64,000 nucleotides of DNA from Octopus vulgaris (taxonomy: Eukaryota), in assembly GCA_951406725.2 (NCBI GenBank), contig OX597817.1, positions 121,272,001 through 121,336,000 of the forward strand, read 5' to 3'. Positions 26,037 to 38,975 of the stretch are shown one piece after another. The notes under the pieces are model-generated. The model was not told the DNA's origin, did not search any database, and saw only the letters and a list, made by a program, of their open reading frames with translations. The stretch's first letter is position 1. Every line of letters begins with the position of its first letter. The translations under genes and the position numbers were made by a program.

Positions 26037-27187
26037 CTCTCTATATATAAACGGCAGTTTGTCTGTGCGTGCTTCTGTGTGTCTGTTTTCTCGTACCCTC
26101 ACCCTGACCACGGCTTTCAACCGATTCTGATGAAACTTGACACACACATAGCCCAATGTCATAATTCAAAACTAACGCAGCGAAAATTTTGAAAAGTTCC
26201 CCCAGTTCTGAAAAAAAATTGATAAATTCGACATGGGGTCGAGAATCATAAACATGAACCACAGGCTGTCTAGGGGACGCAACTCGAGAATCTAAGCTTT
26301 TTTTATGCAACGCATTATCTATGGTAGTTTTCACAACTTGCAATCGATTTTCACCAAACTCATGGTGAAGCTTAATGTTACCCTAAGAAACTCAATTCTG
26401 ACGTTAGTTTTCCATGCAATACCTTACCATCAGAAACAATCGATAAAATCATGCCATTTGGGGAAATCGCGTTCAAATTCCAGATGACATATTTTCGACA
26501 ATATCTTTCACAAATTGGCAGGAATCTTTTTTTTTTCACAACGAGCATCATGTCTGCTCCAAGGAGCTATATAGCCCTTTTTATTCCAATAGGATACATT
26601 ATTGGAAAAAATCGGTTAATTTAATCATATGTGGCACACATAGCAAACAAATTTGTGTATTAAACACAAACCAGACTGTCTAGGGGACGCAACTTGACCT
26701 TTTTAGCTATCGATAATTCGATCCAACCAATTCCTACCAGGAAGAAATTACATTCGAGACTTTACCCCCAACACCGCCACTTCTGCTAATAGCTGCTGCA
26801 GCCGCAAGTTATTCGAATACTTTTTTTGTTTAAACTTTCTTTATAACTACCACCCCAAACGTTTTACCTTCAATTTTTGACGTACCCTAACGGTCCTCGG
26901 ACGCTACTTGCAAACTCTTGGTTTATTATAAACCACTTTTGTCGTGTGCATCAAAAAACTTTTCCTTTCCTTTGTTCAGTTTGATCACTTTTGACTTTTT
27001 CGTTGTTGTCACTCACATTGCTGCCAGCTTTTTGGCCGTTTTTGTACATTTTTATACATTTTCGGATACTTACCCCACGAGCTCCTTTTTATTACACCTT
27101 TACCAAACACATTGCTATCCACCAAAATACTTACCCCACGTGTTCCTTTTTATTACACCTTTGCCAAACACATTGCTATCCACCAAA

Positions 27188-30100
27188 ATGCCACCCAAGA
27201 AGAGAAGGACCCTCCTCAGCCCTCGGACGGCCAAGGCATCGGCTGCTAGGGCTAGAAGGGCACGCGAGACCCACGAGGAAACCGCCTTGCGCCTCTCGCA
27301 AACAGCTTCCCGTTATGCCGCTGCTCAGGCATCTGAAACTACTAGCGACCGTTCTACCCGACTTGCAAGGGTCGCAGCATACAGATCTTCCCTCCGCTCG
27401 AGGTTGACGAAAGAGCAACAGTGCAGCCAAAACATGCGGGCTTCTTACTGTGCTTCCATCCGCAGAGCTCGCGAGAACCCCGAACAAAGGGCCATTCGGA
27501 ATGCGGCTAACGCCACTAGCACCGCCAGGACACGATCTGTCGAAACCTCACAGCAGAGGAGAACTCGTCAAGATGCTGACGCCGCAAACAAAGCCATGGC
27601 CAAAGCTGCCGAAACACCTCAACAGAGGAGAGCTCGCCAAGCTGCTAACGCCGCAAACACAGCCAGGGCTCGATCTGCCGAAACTCCACACCAACGGACT
27701 ATTCGGACATCCAGACATGCCATTAACACTGCTTCTGCTAGGGCTTCAGAGGGTGCTGAGGCGAGAGCTGAAAGGCTTTCAAGGGATGCCACTGCTACCG
27801 CTGTCGCACGTGCATCTGAATCTGCTGAGGCACGGTGCACTCGACTTGAGAGTATCAACAAACGTCGGGATATCATTCGTGGTGTACGTACCCCTGCCCC
27901 CGCTTTCTGGTTGTCACTAGCATTCAACTACGACGCCACAATTAACTTCTCCTTGCGTGACGACATCAAGATAGAGTCAATGACAATTGTATGCCAGTTT
28001 TGCAAAGCCAAGAAATGGCCCGGAGAGCCACCTGGTTTGTGCTGCTCTGGTGGCAAAGTGGACCTGCCACCCCTACGGGAACCACCTCAACCACTGAAGG
28101 ATCTCGCGGCGGGTTTAACCCCCGATTCGTCACAATTCCTTGAAATAATTCGAAAGTACAACTGCTCATTCCAAATGACCTCTTTCGGGGCCAAAATTCC
28201 TCCCAGAGAAGGCTGGATGCCTACTTTCAAAGTGCAGGGACAGGTCTACCATCTTATTGGGTCACTTCTGCCAGACGAGATTCAGCAGTCTTCTTTCCTC
28301 CAAATATACTTCATTGCCGACTACAACCACCAGGTTGATGCACGCCTTGGAATAATACCGGGTACAAGCTATGTTCCCCGCAAAGACATTCTTCTCCGTC
28401 TCCAAACCATGCTTCATGATATCAACAGCTACGTCTGCAGCTTCAGATATGCCTTGGACAGTGCTCCATCTCCAAACTTCACCGTTGTCATTGATGCTGA
28501 TAAACGACCCCACGGGGAGCACGAACGCCGTTTCAACGCACCTGCGTGCAACGAAATTGCCGCAGTTATACACGGAGAGCAGCACAACAGCCGTGACATA
28601 ATCATCTCCTCCCGTGGTAACAACCTACACAGGATCAGCGAGACTCACAGATCTTATGACGCGCTTCAGTATCCATTGCTTTTCCCTTATGGGGAAGACG
28701 GCTACCACTTCGGAATTCCTTTACGGCAGCCCTCCAATCAAACTACTGCGGCATCAAAGACGGTTTCCTGCAGGGCGTTCTACTCATACCGGTTCATGGT
28801 CAGGGAGGGTGAGTTCAACTTATTGCCCCGTTGTCGTCAGCTATTCAACCAGTTCGCCGTCGACATGGCCGCAAAAATGGAATCGGAAAGGCTGCTATAC
28901 ATTAAACTTAATCAGACCAAACTTCGCTCCGACTCCTACATTCATCTCCGTGACGGTTTGCAACAAGAAAATGACCCTCGCAACATCGGTAAGCCATGCA
29001 TTCTACCCTCCACCTTCACGGGAGGACCGCGATATATGCGTGAAAGGACCCAAGACGCCTTGACCTACGTGCGCATTTACGGCCGGCCGGACCTCTTTAT
29101 CACCTACACGTGCAATCCCAGCTGCGACGAAATCACTCGCGAACTCCTCCGGGTCAATCTCACACCCATCGACACGACATCGTTGCTAGGGTTTTCCGTC
29201 TGAATTTGGGCAAAATGAAGGATTTGATAGTTAAGGGTCAGATTTTCGGGCATGTCAGGTGCCACATGTTTTCGGTCGAGTGGCAAAAGAGGGGCTTGCC
29301 ACATGCTCACATCTTAATTTGGCTCACTCATAAAATCGAGACTAATGACATTGACAAATTCATTTCCGCCGAGATTCCTGACCCCGATGAGGACCCCGGA
29401 CTCTACGAAATTGTCCGCACTACCATGGTACACGGGCCCTGTGGACCAAATTACGCCAACACACCATGCTACAAAAACGGATTAGCCTGCTCAAACGGAT
29501 TCCCTAAACGGTTCACTTTGGAGACTCAAACAGGCGGCGATGGGTATCCGCTGTACAAACGAAGGAGTCCAGCCAATGGAGGCCGCACGATTACGGTTGG
29601 GCGACATCAAGTGGACAACAGCTACATTGTCCCCTACTGTCCTCTCCTGTCGAAGATATTCAAAGCCCACGTCAACGTTGAGTTCTGCAGCTCCATCAGG
29701 TCAATACAATATGTCTGCAAATATATCAACAAAGGCAGCGATGCTGCCATGTTCAGCATCCAGAGGACCACCAGTCGCGACGAAGTGTCCAACTACTTGG
29801 CTGGCCGGTACCTCAGCAGCAACGAAGCGTTTTGGCGCATTTACGGCTTCCCGCTCCATCAGAGACACCCGGCTGTGGTGCAGCTTGCTGTACACTTGGA
29901 AAATGGACAGCGGATTTACTTCACAGAGCAAAGTGCTGTGCAGATAGCCACCAGCCCTAAAGACACAACGTTGACTGGTTTCTTCAAATTATGCCAACGT
30001 GATGACTTCGCTCGAACGCTTTTGTACCCACAGGTCCCATCGTACTTCGTGTGGTCTAAAAACACCTGGGTTCGACGGAAATCCGGCAAAAACGTCGAAA

Positions 30101-32058
30101 GCTTCCCAGGCGTCAAGTTTGACTCCTGCCTGGGTCGAGTTTACAACATCCCGCCAAACCAGCAAGAATGCTTCTACCTCCGTCTCCTTCTACATGAGGT
30201 CACTGGTCCAACAGGTTTCGCCAATATACGTACCGTCAATGGGGTTCTGTGCGACACCTTCAGGGAAGCATGTATGAGACTTGGCCTTCTAGAGGATGAC
30301 TCCCAGTGGGACGCCACGATGGCAGAGGGTGCTTTACTGCAAACGCATTCGGCCCTACGACATCTTTTCGCAATCCTTCTTCAAACATGTTAGCTTAGTG
30401 ATCCACTAAGTCTCTGGATGAAATACAGGGATGACATGTCGCACGACTTCTTACGTACGGCTCAGCAACACTGCCCTTCCGCCGAGATCACGTTCACCAA
30501 CTTCATTTACAATTTTGCGCTCATTCAACTCGAAGACGCTGTCATCGATATGGGTGGGTCTGCTTTAACAGAGTACGGCCTTCCACCACCCACACGTGAA
30601 CACGCCAATGTTATGTCTGCTGAATTGTTACGCGAAACTTCCTACTGCATTGAGGAACTGCACCAGTACGTCCAAGATAATGAACCACGGCTGCTTCCAG
30701 ACCAGCGCATAGCCTACAACACCATCGTAGACTCTGTCAGACAGCAACGTGGGGGGATTTTCTTCCTTGATGCACCCGGCGGCACTGGCAAAACCTTCGT
30801 CACTAAACTAATTCTGGCAGAGGTCAGACGCAACACGGACATTGCCCTGGCTGTAGCTTCCTCTGGTATCGCGGCCACGTTGCTTCCGGGTGGCAGAACC
30901 GCCCACTCTGCCTTCAGACTCCCGCTCGATCTGGCAAAGTTCGAGTCACCTATCTGCAACATCGCCAAGAACTCAGAACAGGCTGACATTCTGCGCAAAT
31001 GCAAACTCATCGTATGGGACGAGTGCACTATGGCACACAAAGGCGCCCTTGAGGCACTGGACAGGTCCCTGCAAGACATCAGAGACTCTACGGCCCCCAG
31101 GGGAGGATTAACGTTACTTCTTTCAGGAGACTTCAGGCAGACTCTACCTGTTATTCCAAAAGGAACCCGTGCCGATGCCGTGCGCGCGTGCCTTAAGTCG
31201 TCAGCTCTTTGGGCACATGTGCGGCCCTTGCACCTCCAAACTAACATGCGCGCGCAGTTAATTGGTGACAGTGGATCCGCTGCATTCTCCAGGGACCTCT
31301 TATCGCTCGGTGAAAATAGGATGCTGTCTGATGCGGATGGCTACGTTCAATTGGACTCACTTTGCACCATTGTCGACACCCCTGCTAGCCTCCGGGACGC
31401 TGTCTTCCACGACCTACAAAACAATTTACGCGACCTAAAATGGCTGGCAGGCAGAGCTATTCTCGCACCCAAAAATACAACCGTCAACTCCATCAATATC
31501 CAGCTACTTGAAGCTATTCCTGGTGATGTCCACGTCTACAAATCTATAGATAGGACAGCAGACCCCGCCCAGCTTGCCGATTATCCTGTTGAATTCCTGA
31601 ATTCACTTGAACCGCCAGGCCTGCCACCACACATCCTGAAGTTAAAAGTCGGTGCGCCCATTATGCTCATCAGGAATTTGGTTCCACCTAAACAGTGCAA
31701 CGGCACACGTTTGGTTGTGAAACATTTGGCACCACATTTAATAACGGCCACAATACTTACCGGTTGTGGGAAGGGAGAGGACGTCTTCATTCCACGGATG
31801 CACCTTCAACCGTCGGGCGCTGACCTACCAATCCACTTCAGGCGTTCTCAGTTTCCTGTTAAACTCTGCTTCGCAATGTCCATCAATAAATCCCAAGGCC
31901 AAACGCTACAAGTCGCTGGGTTACATTTGGGCGAACAGTGCTTCGCCCACGGTCAACTCTACGTGGGCTGTTCACGCGTTGGGAGGCGCAATGATGTTTT
32001 CATGTTTTCGCCCAAACGGACAGCTAGGAACATCGTATATACAGAAGTATTCCAGTGA
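27188..32058 (+). pseudogene. Helitron RepHel (HUH Rep + PIF1 helicase), intronless, one frameshift (~29150) and one premature stop (30391-30393)
   Basis: ATG 27188 (MPPKKRR, NLS-like); CxxC..CC N-terminal motif; Rep motifs PDLFITYTCNP, VEWQKRGLPHAHIL, YVCKYINKG; helicase motifs DAPGGTGKT, IVWDEC, GDFRQTLP, INKSQGQT, HGQLYVGCSRV. Confidence 0.95.
27266..27886 (+). repeat. Nine in-frame 23-aa (69-bp) STPR-like repeats in the RepHel N-terminus
   Basis: ETHEETALRLSQTASRYAAAQAS / ETTSDRSTRLARVAAYRSSLRSR / ... / ETPQQRRARQAANAANTARARSA / ... strict 23-aa register. Confidence 0.8.
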
Positions 32059-32290
32059 AGACAAGACATTGCAACGTCCACATGCACCTTCGTTCCCTGG
32101 AGGGAAAGGACTACATTGGGATTAGTCGTTGCCTACTAGGGGCTCTTACACACCCGGGCAACGCCGGGCTATGCTGCTAGTCTTAACATAATCGCTCGAC
32201 CTGCTAGAAAAAGCAGTCAACTTTTCCTCAAATTAAACCCTCCTGTTTTGAAGGGATTAAACCATTTCAGCAAATACATACATACGTACG

Positions 32291-32374
<84 letters not shown>

Positions 32375-33134
32375 GGGAGCGTTTGCATTACAAAAACGCT
32401 AGCGTCTTAACGTAGATAAGTGGAAGAAACTCGGGGAGACCGTAACAGCAGGTTGTCCTCTAAGGAGAAACCCTTCCTTTAGGCAAGTGTTTCGGTCCTT
32501 AAATCCTGACACTCTAGTGGGGTCAGGCCAAATCCAAGTAATGACTCCCGGATGTCCACCTACTGTCCGTTTTAATACGCCTTAGGTGGGATTGGTTTCT
32601 CTGGTTTCTAGCACTGCTGTGACGTGTGCTGCGGCCCTGAGAAGGGCTGAGTACCCGTTTCTATCTGGGTGCACTGGTGAGCGCTTGGATGACCCAGGTG
32701 TGAGGGTTCTTTTTTTCTCACGGATCGCCGGTTGCCGAGCCGCAGGCCTACACGACTACGCCAATCTGGTACTCGCTTGTATTGGGCAAATTAAGCCTTA
32801 TGAAGTTGGCCTTTGCTCCTCCTAGACCAGATCCAACTTGAGGCCTTATAAATAATACAGTAAGTTAAAAACTTCGATTAACTAAGATTGTCAAAGCAAC
32901 GATTAATTAAAAAATAATAATCGTCTCCAGAGCCCTCTTTTAATAACATTAACAGAGTGAGTTCATACAAATAGATATATGTGTGTGTGTTTGTGTGTGT
33001 ATGTGTGTGTGTATGTGCATGTATTACAAGTACGTAAACACATAAATACTTGTGTAGTTTCAGACATACACACAGACACACACCTATATATACACACGCA
33101 TATCTTTCTCTATACATACACACATACTTAAATA

Positions 33135-34657
33135 CGAAGATGGGCTGAAAAGTTCATAGGTTGACTATGAAGGAGTCATGCTAGAGCTGTAAAATCTCGC
33201 ATGCATTGATTTCAACTCTCCTTATTAATAACTGCATTGTTTCTTTCCAAGTAAACTGACGTCTCCCTGTTCAAAGAAGACTTCAAATGTACCTGGTTGC
33301 GACTTCTCTTGAAATTGTACAAAATTTACCATCGTGGAGTTATCAAGTACCTACCAAAAAGGCGTTTAATCCCCAAAGACATTCATACTAACATGTTTGC
33401 TACATCAGGGGATGACGTTCCAGTTTTATCAACAGTGCAAAAGTGGGCAACTGAATCTAGGAGGGGAACGGAGAGTCTTAATGGCGATCCAAAGGTTGGA
33501 CGTCCTGCAATTTCTACCGCCGAGGAAATGATCGTGTGCACCACATAGTAAAGGCGGCAAGCTGGCAGAAACATTAGTGCACCGGGCGAAACGCTTAGCG
33601 GTATTTCGTCTGTCGCTATGTTCTGAGTTCAAATTCCGCCGAGGTCGACTTTGCCTTTCATCCTTTCGGGGTCGATTAAATAAGTACCAGTTACGCACTG
33701 GGGTCGATATAATCGACTTAATCCGTTTGTCTGTCCTTGTTTGTCCCCTCTGTGTTTAGCCCCTTGTGGGTAGTAAAGAAATAGGTAATGGATGACCGAC
33801 GATTGACTATAAATCAAATAACCAATGCTAATAGAACATTCCGCGAGACAATCGAGAATATTCTGCACAATCAACATGATGATTGTGGTTCTTCACTTGA
33901 AGGTATCTGCTCAATGGGCACCATTCTTCTCACCTCTGAATAAAAGCGTACCAGGCTGATCATATTACGGGAAAATCTGACATTGTTTGAGGCAGATCCA
34001 GCTGGTTTCCTTGAACGCTTCCTAAGCCAAGATGAGTGTTAGCTACATCACAGTGAGCCAGAGACAGTCTATGCAGTGGAAACACTCTGCCTTATCTCCC
34101 AAGAAAGCCATGCAGTGGAAACACTCCGCCTTATCTGCACCAAAGAAGGCCAATGTCATTTCATCTGTAGGGAAGGTGATGGCCTCAGTTTTTTCGGATT
34201 ACAACGGTATTGTTTTTGTTGATTATCTTCAAAAGGGCCACACCATCAATGGAGAGTATTATGCCGACTTACGAAAGGTTATCAAGATTCAGCGCCCAGG
34301 AAAATTGACAGAAGAGGTCTTGTTTCATCAGGATAATGCTCCTGCACAAAATCCTTGGTTTCAGTGGCTGCTGTATCCGATTGTGGCTTTGAACTGGCTG
34401 ATCAGCCTCCTTATTCTTCTGATTTGGTCCACTTTGACTACCAGACGGAACCAATATGATTGGCTGGGAGGCAATATTGCAGTGATGCGGACATCATATC
34501 TGTTGTTGATGACAGTTTTGACCAATAGAATGAAGGCTTCTTCACCGATGGGATCCATGCACTGCAGCACCGACGGGAGAAGTTTGTGATCCACAAGGAG
34601 GACTACGTTAAAAACTAAACCTCATTTCTTCACATACCATGAGAATATCTTGGTTAT
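33135..34657 (+). mobile_element. Degenerate mariner element (irritans-like), 3' TIR missing, SINE inserted
   Basis: TA followed by a TIR-like cgaagatgggctgaaaagttc; HRGVIKYL, QSMQWKH, GKVMASVF, DYLQKGHTINGEYY and HQDNAP motifs; 39-bp internal duplication at 34071/34110. Confidence 0.85.
33550..33785 (+). mobile_element. SINE family B nested in mariner
   Basis: Full family B copy splits the transposase at VHH|VMDDR. Confidence 0.88.
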
Positions 34658-34914
34658 GTGATCTGGTAGTCCTGGCAGTGGACGTAGAGGTGATTGCCTG
34701 CCACTGGCGATAGCTATCATGTGCTTTTATGCACCAGTAAACCATATGAGGATTTTTCTCTCTTGGTTCTAACGCAACATCCCGTTTTAAGTGGGGAATG
34801 TTTTATCTTTTGCTATGAACACTGTCTCCGTTGTTCTATTTTTTAACAAGCCCACTGAATTTTAGCGACATCAGCGCCTGATTTCTCTCTCTGTGCCCTC
34901 CCTCTCTCTCTCAT

Positions 34915-34955
34915 ATATGTGTGCGTGTGTGTGTGTATGTATATATTTATGTATG

Positions 34956-34986
<31 letters not shown>

Positions 34987-35001
34987 ATATGTATATATTT
35001 A

Positions 35002-35034
<33 letters not shown>

Positions 35035-35036
35035 GC

Positions 35037-35095
<59 letters not shown>

Positions 35096-35110
35096 TATAT
35101 ATACAAATAT

Positions 35111-35172
<62 letters not shown>
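34915..35172. repeat. Compound (TG)/(TA) microsatellite
   Basis: Seen directly. Confidence 0.95.
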
Positions 35173-35176
<4 letters not shown>

Positions 35177-35356
35177 GAGTTGTGAACATTATTTTCCTGC
35201 CTATATTCTTCAATTATTCTTACTATTTATTCTTCTGTTCTACTCCTTTATTCTTCTATTTTACTCCTCTATTCTTATATTTTATTCCTTTAAACTGTGA
35301 AAATTATTCCTTGTAAACTGTAAATTTTCCCCGTCTAAAATCTTCATACATACCTT

Positions 35357-35432
35357 GTCTCTGATAACGGAATACCCGTTGCACGGACATGCTAACCTAC
35401 CACTTGCGTTGTCTCAGAAACGGCTGTAAGAC
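35357..35432 (+). ncRNA. Degenerate type-I hammerhead motif with long stem II region
   Basis: gtct-CTGATAA-...-GAAACGGCTGTA-agac. Stem I gtct/agac; near-palindromic helix III (ACAGCTGT with one change); GUA triplet. Confidence 0.45.
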
Positions 35433-36170
35433 TTAAATTCACCTTACTCTTATTAAATTATTCTAAATGACTTGAGATACACATTCTGCCCTGGTTTTAA
35501 TTTTTGCTCTAATATATAATATGATATAATATAATATAATATAAATATAATATAATATAATATAATATAATATAATATACACACAAAAAGATTGGCCTCC
35601 CAGACCCACTCTACTAAAACTTTCTATGTGCTTAAGATCGCCGAGTAAAGTTATAATGTAGAAATTAAAAGGTTTGAAAGCCGTAAAATCATCAGTGGTT
35701 ACATCGTTTCTTTTTGTTTTCTCTTTTCAAAACCATATGAATTTATAGTAGAACTTATAATACTTGGATTGTGTTAATTTGCCTTCAAAAAGATATCTAA
35801 AAAAAAAACCCAGTACAATTTATACTATTTATAGTACTAATATTGATTTTCTACTTCTTCAGTATATCTGCACACTATTTCCATATAACTTGTAAACATG
35901 ACCAAAAAGGGCGAAAAAAAAACCCCTAATAAAAACAAAGTCCCAGAACCGTAGCAGGATCGAAATTCGGAGCCTTCTTTTAATAACATTAAAAACACAA
36001 CATTGTTATGGGCAAGAAAAAAGCTTCTCCCACCCCCATGAAGTGTGGTTAAAAGGTTGCTTCCCAACCAAATGGTTCCAAATTCCGTTCCACTACATGG
36101 TACCCTTGGCAAGAGCCTTTCACAATGACCTCGGGTCTCCTGGACGGAAACAGAAAGCGCACACACACAC

Positions 36171-36232
<62 letters not shown>

Positions 36233-37148
36233 GGTCTTCGTTTGTTTAAATCTCCATAACTTAGCACTTTGGCAATAAGGGACTTATACTATAATTATCA
36301 AACGTGAAAAAAATTTTAGTCGGTGACACATCATGGCCGCAGTCCAATGACTGAAGCAAGTAAAATAAGAAAGAATCTCTTCAGATGCTTCCTTGAAGCT
36401 CCATTGTCGCAACTTCCGCAGTCACGACAGCTATTACAATCAACAAATTACTCCTGATTGTCTTTCATTGTAAATGGTAGTGAGACTAGGAGAGAAAAAG
36501 TATTTTCTCTACAATTCAAGATTTTTTCTTTTACTTATAATTTCAAGAAGTTCTCAAAGCCATAAATAAATTCCTTCTGGCAGCTTCCTCTCTCTTCTTT
36601 TTTTTTTTTTTTCAATGAGGATGGTCAGTATATTCATTAGTTATTGATTGTGACTCACTATTTCAATTTAAGTAACAATGAGGTTAACTTATTGACCAGT
36701 AAAACCTACTGTCTAATAATGTGTCTGTTGTCAAAACTGATTTCGTTCGTTAAAACTCTAAAACTATGCTAACCAACTCCCCGAGAAATAAGCACAGACA
36801 GCTGCGCCCACACACATACAGTGGAAATGTGTAACATAACAAAATACCCCCATCCACATAAATATATGTATACACACACAGTTATGTTTTTATTGGTTTC
36901 AGTCACTGGGGGCCATGATATCGTCTCTAATGCTAATTTATGTCTGGTGCAAAATTTATCGATCTCTATTTGTTGAACCATTACTACATGGGAGAGGACA
37001 TAAACACAGGCTGTACACAAATATACAAACACACATTTATCGCCCATTGTACTTATATAACTGCATGTATGTATATATAAATGTGTGTATGTGTATGTCA
37101 TATATACATGTATCAATGTATGTGTGTACATATATAAATATATAATAT

Positions 37149-37186
<38 letters not shown>

Positions 37187-37332
37187 TTATATATGTAATA
37201 TATATATATTATATATATATATATAATATATATATATATCATATTTATATATGTATATATCATATACATACGAATATAAATATACAGATGTATATATATG
37301 TATATATGTACATGTATATATATATAGATATA

Positions 37333-37386
<54 letters not shown>

Positions 37387-37387
<1 letters not shown>

Positions 37388-38003
37388 CTTAGAATAACTT
37401 AGAAAGGTTTTGGCCAGTATTGGCCCAGGCCATGTCTAACTTAATAGCACCACCTGGCGAAGTCTTTCAATTCAGGATTTGGGCACCAAGGCCCATTCGA
37501 GCAGAGAGTTATTGTTTGCGGGTGTGGGTGGTTTGTCCGGGACTGTTTGAATGAATTTGTCGAAAGACTTCTTGAATTTTGTGTGGTCAGTTTCTTTTTT
37601 GATGTGTCCTGGTGTAATGTTGAAGAGAGCGGGTCCAATTGAGGTGAAATAGTTGTGCCGTATTGTCGTTATGTGATGCGATTTAGATTTTTGTTGTGGA
37701 CGGATGGCACGTGGTCCAAGCCTTGGATGTATTTTGAAGGTGATGCCAACATCATTCGGACAGTGCTGATGGAATATTTTCCACATCATACAGATAATGT
37801 AGCGTTCACGGCGTCGTTGGAGTGAATACAGTTTCAGCTTCTCTAGTCTACCCCAGTAGTCAAGGTCTGACATGCCATCTATCTTTTTTGTGATTGACCT
37901 TTGGGGAGCTTCAATTCTCATAATATTTTGTTTTGTGTAGGGAAACCACAGTGGACAGCAGTATTCAAGGTGGGGTCGGGCAAAAGTGGAGAAGAGAAGG
38001 ATA
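37387..38003 (-). mobile_element. 5'-truncated LINE (CR1/L2-group) ORF2 C-terminus with short tandem tail
   Basis: [57 protein letters not shown]; tail (ttctaagtta)x2; embedded in (TA)n. Confidence 0.88.
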
Positions 38004-38007
38004 ATAA

Positions 38008-38211
38008 TGTATGTATACTTCAATACGTATGTATATGTGTGTGTACATATATGTATGTATATATATATATATATGCGTATATATGTGAATATATATGTGT
38101 GTACATGTGTATATACATATGTGTGTGTATACATATATATGGATACATATGTGTAGATATATGTGTATATATATGTATATAGATATATATTTGTATATAT
38201 ATATATATGTG

Positions 38212-38252
<41 letters not shown>

Positions 38253-38626
38253 TTATAAATATAGGTATATGTATATACACACGTGTGTGTATATATACAT
38301 GTATATATATGTGTATGTACATATATGTATACATATGTATATATATATAGATGTACACATGTATATATATATATATCTATCTTTGTACATATATATATAT
38401 ATATAAATGTATATATATATGTATATATAATTGTATATATATATATATAATATATATAAACGTGTGTGTGTATATATATATATGTATGTATACATATATA
38501 TATGTATACGTATATATATATGTACGTTTATATATACTTATATATACATATATGTATATATATATATATAAATATATACATACATATATAATTGTATGTA
38601 TATATATAGATATAGATGTACATATA

Positions 38627-38683
<57 letters not shown>

Positions 38684-38849
38684 ATATGCATAATTCTTAA
38701 AGAGAACAACAAACGGAAGGGAAGGCAAACATCTTAAGTCATATACATTATTATTATTATTAGAAAAATACTTGCATACATACATACATACATACATACA
38801 TACATACATACATACATACATACATACATACATACATACTTATATATAT

Positions 38850-38892
<43 letters not shown>

Positions 38893-38922
38893 TCACACAG
38901 ACACAGACACACACACACACAT

Positions 38923-38972
<50 letters not shown>
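38008..38972. repeat. ~1-kb compound TA/TG/TACA microsatellite field
   Basis: Seen directly. Confidence 0.95.

Positions 38973-38975
<3 letters not shown>

Larger units (their letters stand above)
26036..32180 (+). mobile_element. Full-length Helitron (rolling-circle transposon), ~6.1 kb
   Basis: 5' A|TC at 26035/26036; 3' hairpin cccgg-gcaacg-ccggg (32153-32168) 8 nt before terminal CTAG (32177-32180), then T; no TSD; RepHel ORF inside. The 5' end is less certain than the 3' end. Confidence 0.92.

Noticed and set aside
26918-27187. N-terminal extension of the 761-aa ORF
   Set aside because: It starts at a non-ATG codon and spans the leader duplication; ATG 27188 (MPPKKRR) is the credible start
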